DNA of 32,000 nt from Erysipelotrichaceae bacterium (GTDB lineage Bacteria; Bacillota_I; Bacilli_A; Erysipelotrichales; Erysipelotrichaceae), in NCBI GenBank assembly GCA_963676105.1, contig OY781039.1:1290001-1322000 (forward strand), read 5' to 3'. Below the pieces are notes generated by a model. The model ran no database searches. It had not been told where the DNA came from and saw nothing but the letters and a program-made list of their open reading frames with translations. Numbering within the stretch: the stretch's first letter is position 1; each line of letters starts with the position of its first letter. Of this stretch, positions 30,316 to 32,000 are shown piece by piece. The position numbers were made by a program, and so were the translations under genes.

Positions 30316-31686
30316 ATGAATAGAGAGAATAGAATAGAACAAATAAAAAAAATTACTTCTAATGATGAGCTGAAATTTGGAAAAGAAGAAATTGTATGGG
30401 AAGACTCACTGCAATCGATGGATGTTCGCAAAATTCCACTACAGTATTTGATTTACAACAAATATAATGGTCGTATTTTAACTCGAACTAAATCATTAGA
30501 AGCACAAGGAAAAGTAATTGATGCAGAGACTGATACTGGGAAATTAATTATAGAAAAATTACTTTGGGAATCTAAACCGGAAAGAAACAAAACAACAAAA
30601 AACGATTTAGAAAAATATGGTCAAAAAAGAATAGGAATTGTCACTGCTGATGGAATCATTATTGATGGTAACAGAAGAGCAATGTTACTAAATCAAATTG
30701 ATAAATATGATTATTTCAAAGCAATAGTCTTACCTGTCAGATTAGATGAAAATCCTATTGAAATAGAAAAGCTTGAAACTTCTTATCAAATGGGTGAAGA
30801 CGAAAAGCTTGGATACAATGCTAATGAAAAATATCTAAAAGCAAAAACCTTAAGGGAACGCGGGGTTCCAATCGACACAATAGCTAATTGGATGGGTGAA
30901 TCAAAAAGTGAAATCGAAAAGTATTTACGTACTATGGAAATCATGGATGATTATCTCGACTTCTTTAGTTACAACAATATGTATACTCAACTAGATGGTC
31001 GTGAAGATTTATTTTTATCGGTCGAAAAATGGACGAATAATTTTTATGGTTCAAATTCCGCAAAGGCTTTTGATGGATATAGTGATAACGACGTTGATGA
31101 CCTAAAAGCAATTTGTTACGATTACATTAGATCTGATATAGATGGTAAAACTTTTAGAAATATTGCAGAAGGCAATCAATCATCACATGTTTTTGGAGAC
31201 CAAGAATTGTGGAGAGATTTTTCCGATAAACACTTTGAATTTATTCAAGAAATTAAAGATAGTGAATCAAAAATTGATTTAAATGTTCCAGATGTAGAGA
31301 AAAGTCTAAAAAGTAGAGATAACAAGTTCAAAGTAGACTCTTTAGACTATTTGCAAGAAAACCTTGATAATCAACGGAGTAGGCTTGCAAATAAAAAATA
31401 TAGAGATGAACCATCAAAATTGGTTTCTAAAGCACTAGATGCAATAGAAATTGCTTCTTCTAATAAAAACTTATCAAATCAAGAAACTGTTGATAAAATT
31501 GAAAAATTAAATACTATAACAACTAATCTACTTAAACAAAAGTCTATAACAAAATTACTTGATCATATTTACTCGCTATTAGATGGATTAGATTTTTCAG
31601 GTATTAATGATAATGATTTAGATGGAATTGAATCTAAATTAATATCAATACAAAAATTAGCATATAAATACTCGAAAGAAATCTAA
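30316..31686 (+). CDS. ParB/Sulfiredoxin-like N-terminal domain protein with a long helical C-terminal region
   Basis: KIPLQYLIYNKYNGRI ... IGIVTADGIIIDGNRRAMLL matches the ParB-N/ParBc pattern (I.L..N.R ... y.iiDG.hR..A). The remaining ~330 aa is unassigned. Confidence 0.55.
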   Translation: MNRENRIEQIKKITSNDELKFGKEEIVWEDSLQSMDVRKIPLQYLIYNKYNGRILTRTKSLEAQGKVIDAETDTGKLIIEKLLWESKPERNKTTKNDLEKYGQKRIGIVTADGIIIDGNRRAMLLNQIDKYDYFKAIVLPVRLDENPIEIEKLETSYQMGEDEKLGYNANEKYLKAKTLRERGVPIDTIANWMGESKSEIEKYLRTMEIMDDYLDFFSYNNMYTQLDGREDLFLSVEKWTNNFYGSNSAKAFDGYSDNDVDDLKAICYDYIRSDIDGKTFRNIAEGNQSSHVFGDQELWRDFSDKHFEFIQEIKDSESKIDLNVPDVEKSLKSRDNKFKVDSLDYLQENLDNQRSRLANKKYRDEPSKLVSKALDAIEIASSNKNLSNQETVDKIEKLNTITTNLLKQKSITKLLDHIYSLLDGLDFSGINDNDLDGIESKLISIQKLAYKYSKEI

Positions 31687-31688
31687 TA

Positions 31689-32000
31689 ATGATTGATTCA
31701 TTTTATACACTATCTTTAACAGAGGATTCATTTTTAAAAATTGAAGGTGAAACAGATATATTACTTAATAATCCTAGATTGAAGATTTCATTAGCTCGAT
31801 TGCACGCTAACTACGAAGATGATTACATTTTAATACCTGTTATCGATAATAATTCAGAGTATTTAATTAGAGAAATTTCACAATTGTTATTAAAGTTTAA
31901 TTACAAATCCAAGCTTGACTCTAGCATTGATGAAATATTAGATAATTTTAGAAACGAAATGGAAAATTTTGAAATTTTTTCTAAAAAAGCTTTGGATATC
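31689..32000 (+). CDS. 5' part of an unknown ORF, truncated by the window edge
   Basis: The ATG lies 2 nt after the ParB-like stop (TAATAATG). I read 104 codons with no stop to position 32000 (MIDSFYTLSLTEDSFLKIEGETDILL...). It is absent from the ORF track because it has no stop in the window. Confidence 0.5.
   Translation, partial: MIDSFYTLSLTEDSFLKIEGETDILLNNPRLKISLARLHANYEDDYILIPVIDNNSEYLIREISQLLLKFNYKSKLDSSIDEILDNFRNEMENFEIFSKKALDI

Noticed and set aside
1-32000. Mollicutes-type genetic code (TGA = Trp), given the AT-richness
   Set aside because: Conserved proteins (for example FtsX and the response regulator) end at TGA at full family length. No conserved gene needs TGA read-through, so the standard bacterial code fits.

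Overview
This is an AT-rich bacterial chromosomal segment. Gene content suggests a low-GC anaerobic Firmicute or Mollicute-like organism. It uses the standard code: TGA, TAA and TAG all end full-length conserved proteins. I support about 37 protein-coding genes or gene relics. I recognised no rRNA, tRNA, CRISPR array, transposase or integrase.

Layout:
- 1-12.6 kb is mostly housekeeping. It holds ftsEX, YitT and VanZ membrane proteins, a Gp49/HigB-type toxin-antitoxin (TA) pair, a translationally coupled opine-dehydrogenase plus B12-binding-protein operon, an ABC-2 exporter, GNAT and GGCT-like enzymes, an OmpR/HisKA two-component system, and a membrane-protein/XRE pair.
- 12.7-19.5 kb is an accessory patch on the minus strand. 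It holds an AlbA_2/Schlafen-like ATPase regulator, a HigB-2/HigA-2-like TA pair, a Cof HAD hydrolase and two different AAA+/DUF4143 ATPases. Three of these cassettes are each bracketed by their own duplicated terminator hairpin. One is also flanked by a decayed copy of the 3' end of the neighbouring Fe-alcohol dehydrogenase gene.
- 19.5-25.3 kb holds Fe-ADH, a YczE-like membrane protein, and the conserved but uncharacterised DUF5320 / DUF134 (frameshifted) / NifX-like / 2x MinD-ferredoxin ATPase operon. A cysteine-free ACR3-like transporter follows. Its leader carries the same type of palindrome as the operon promoter.
- 25.4-32 kb is a defence island that runs off the right edge. It holds Abi_2, a TAG-interrupted lipoprotein gene, a PD-(D/E)xK endonuclease with a possible methyl-reader N-domain, a divergent C5-cytosine methyltransferase with a ~200-aa C-terminal extension, a ParB/Srx-like protein, and a truncated unknown ORF.

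The best candidates for something undescribed are the MTase/ParB-like/unknown gene set, the terminator-bracketed cassette array, and the putative palindrome-linked regulon.
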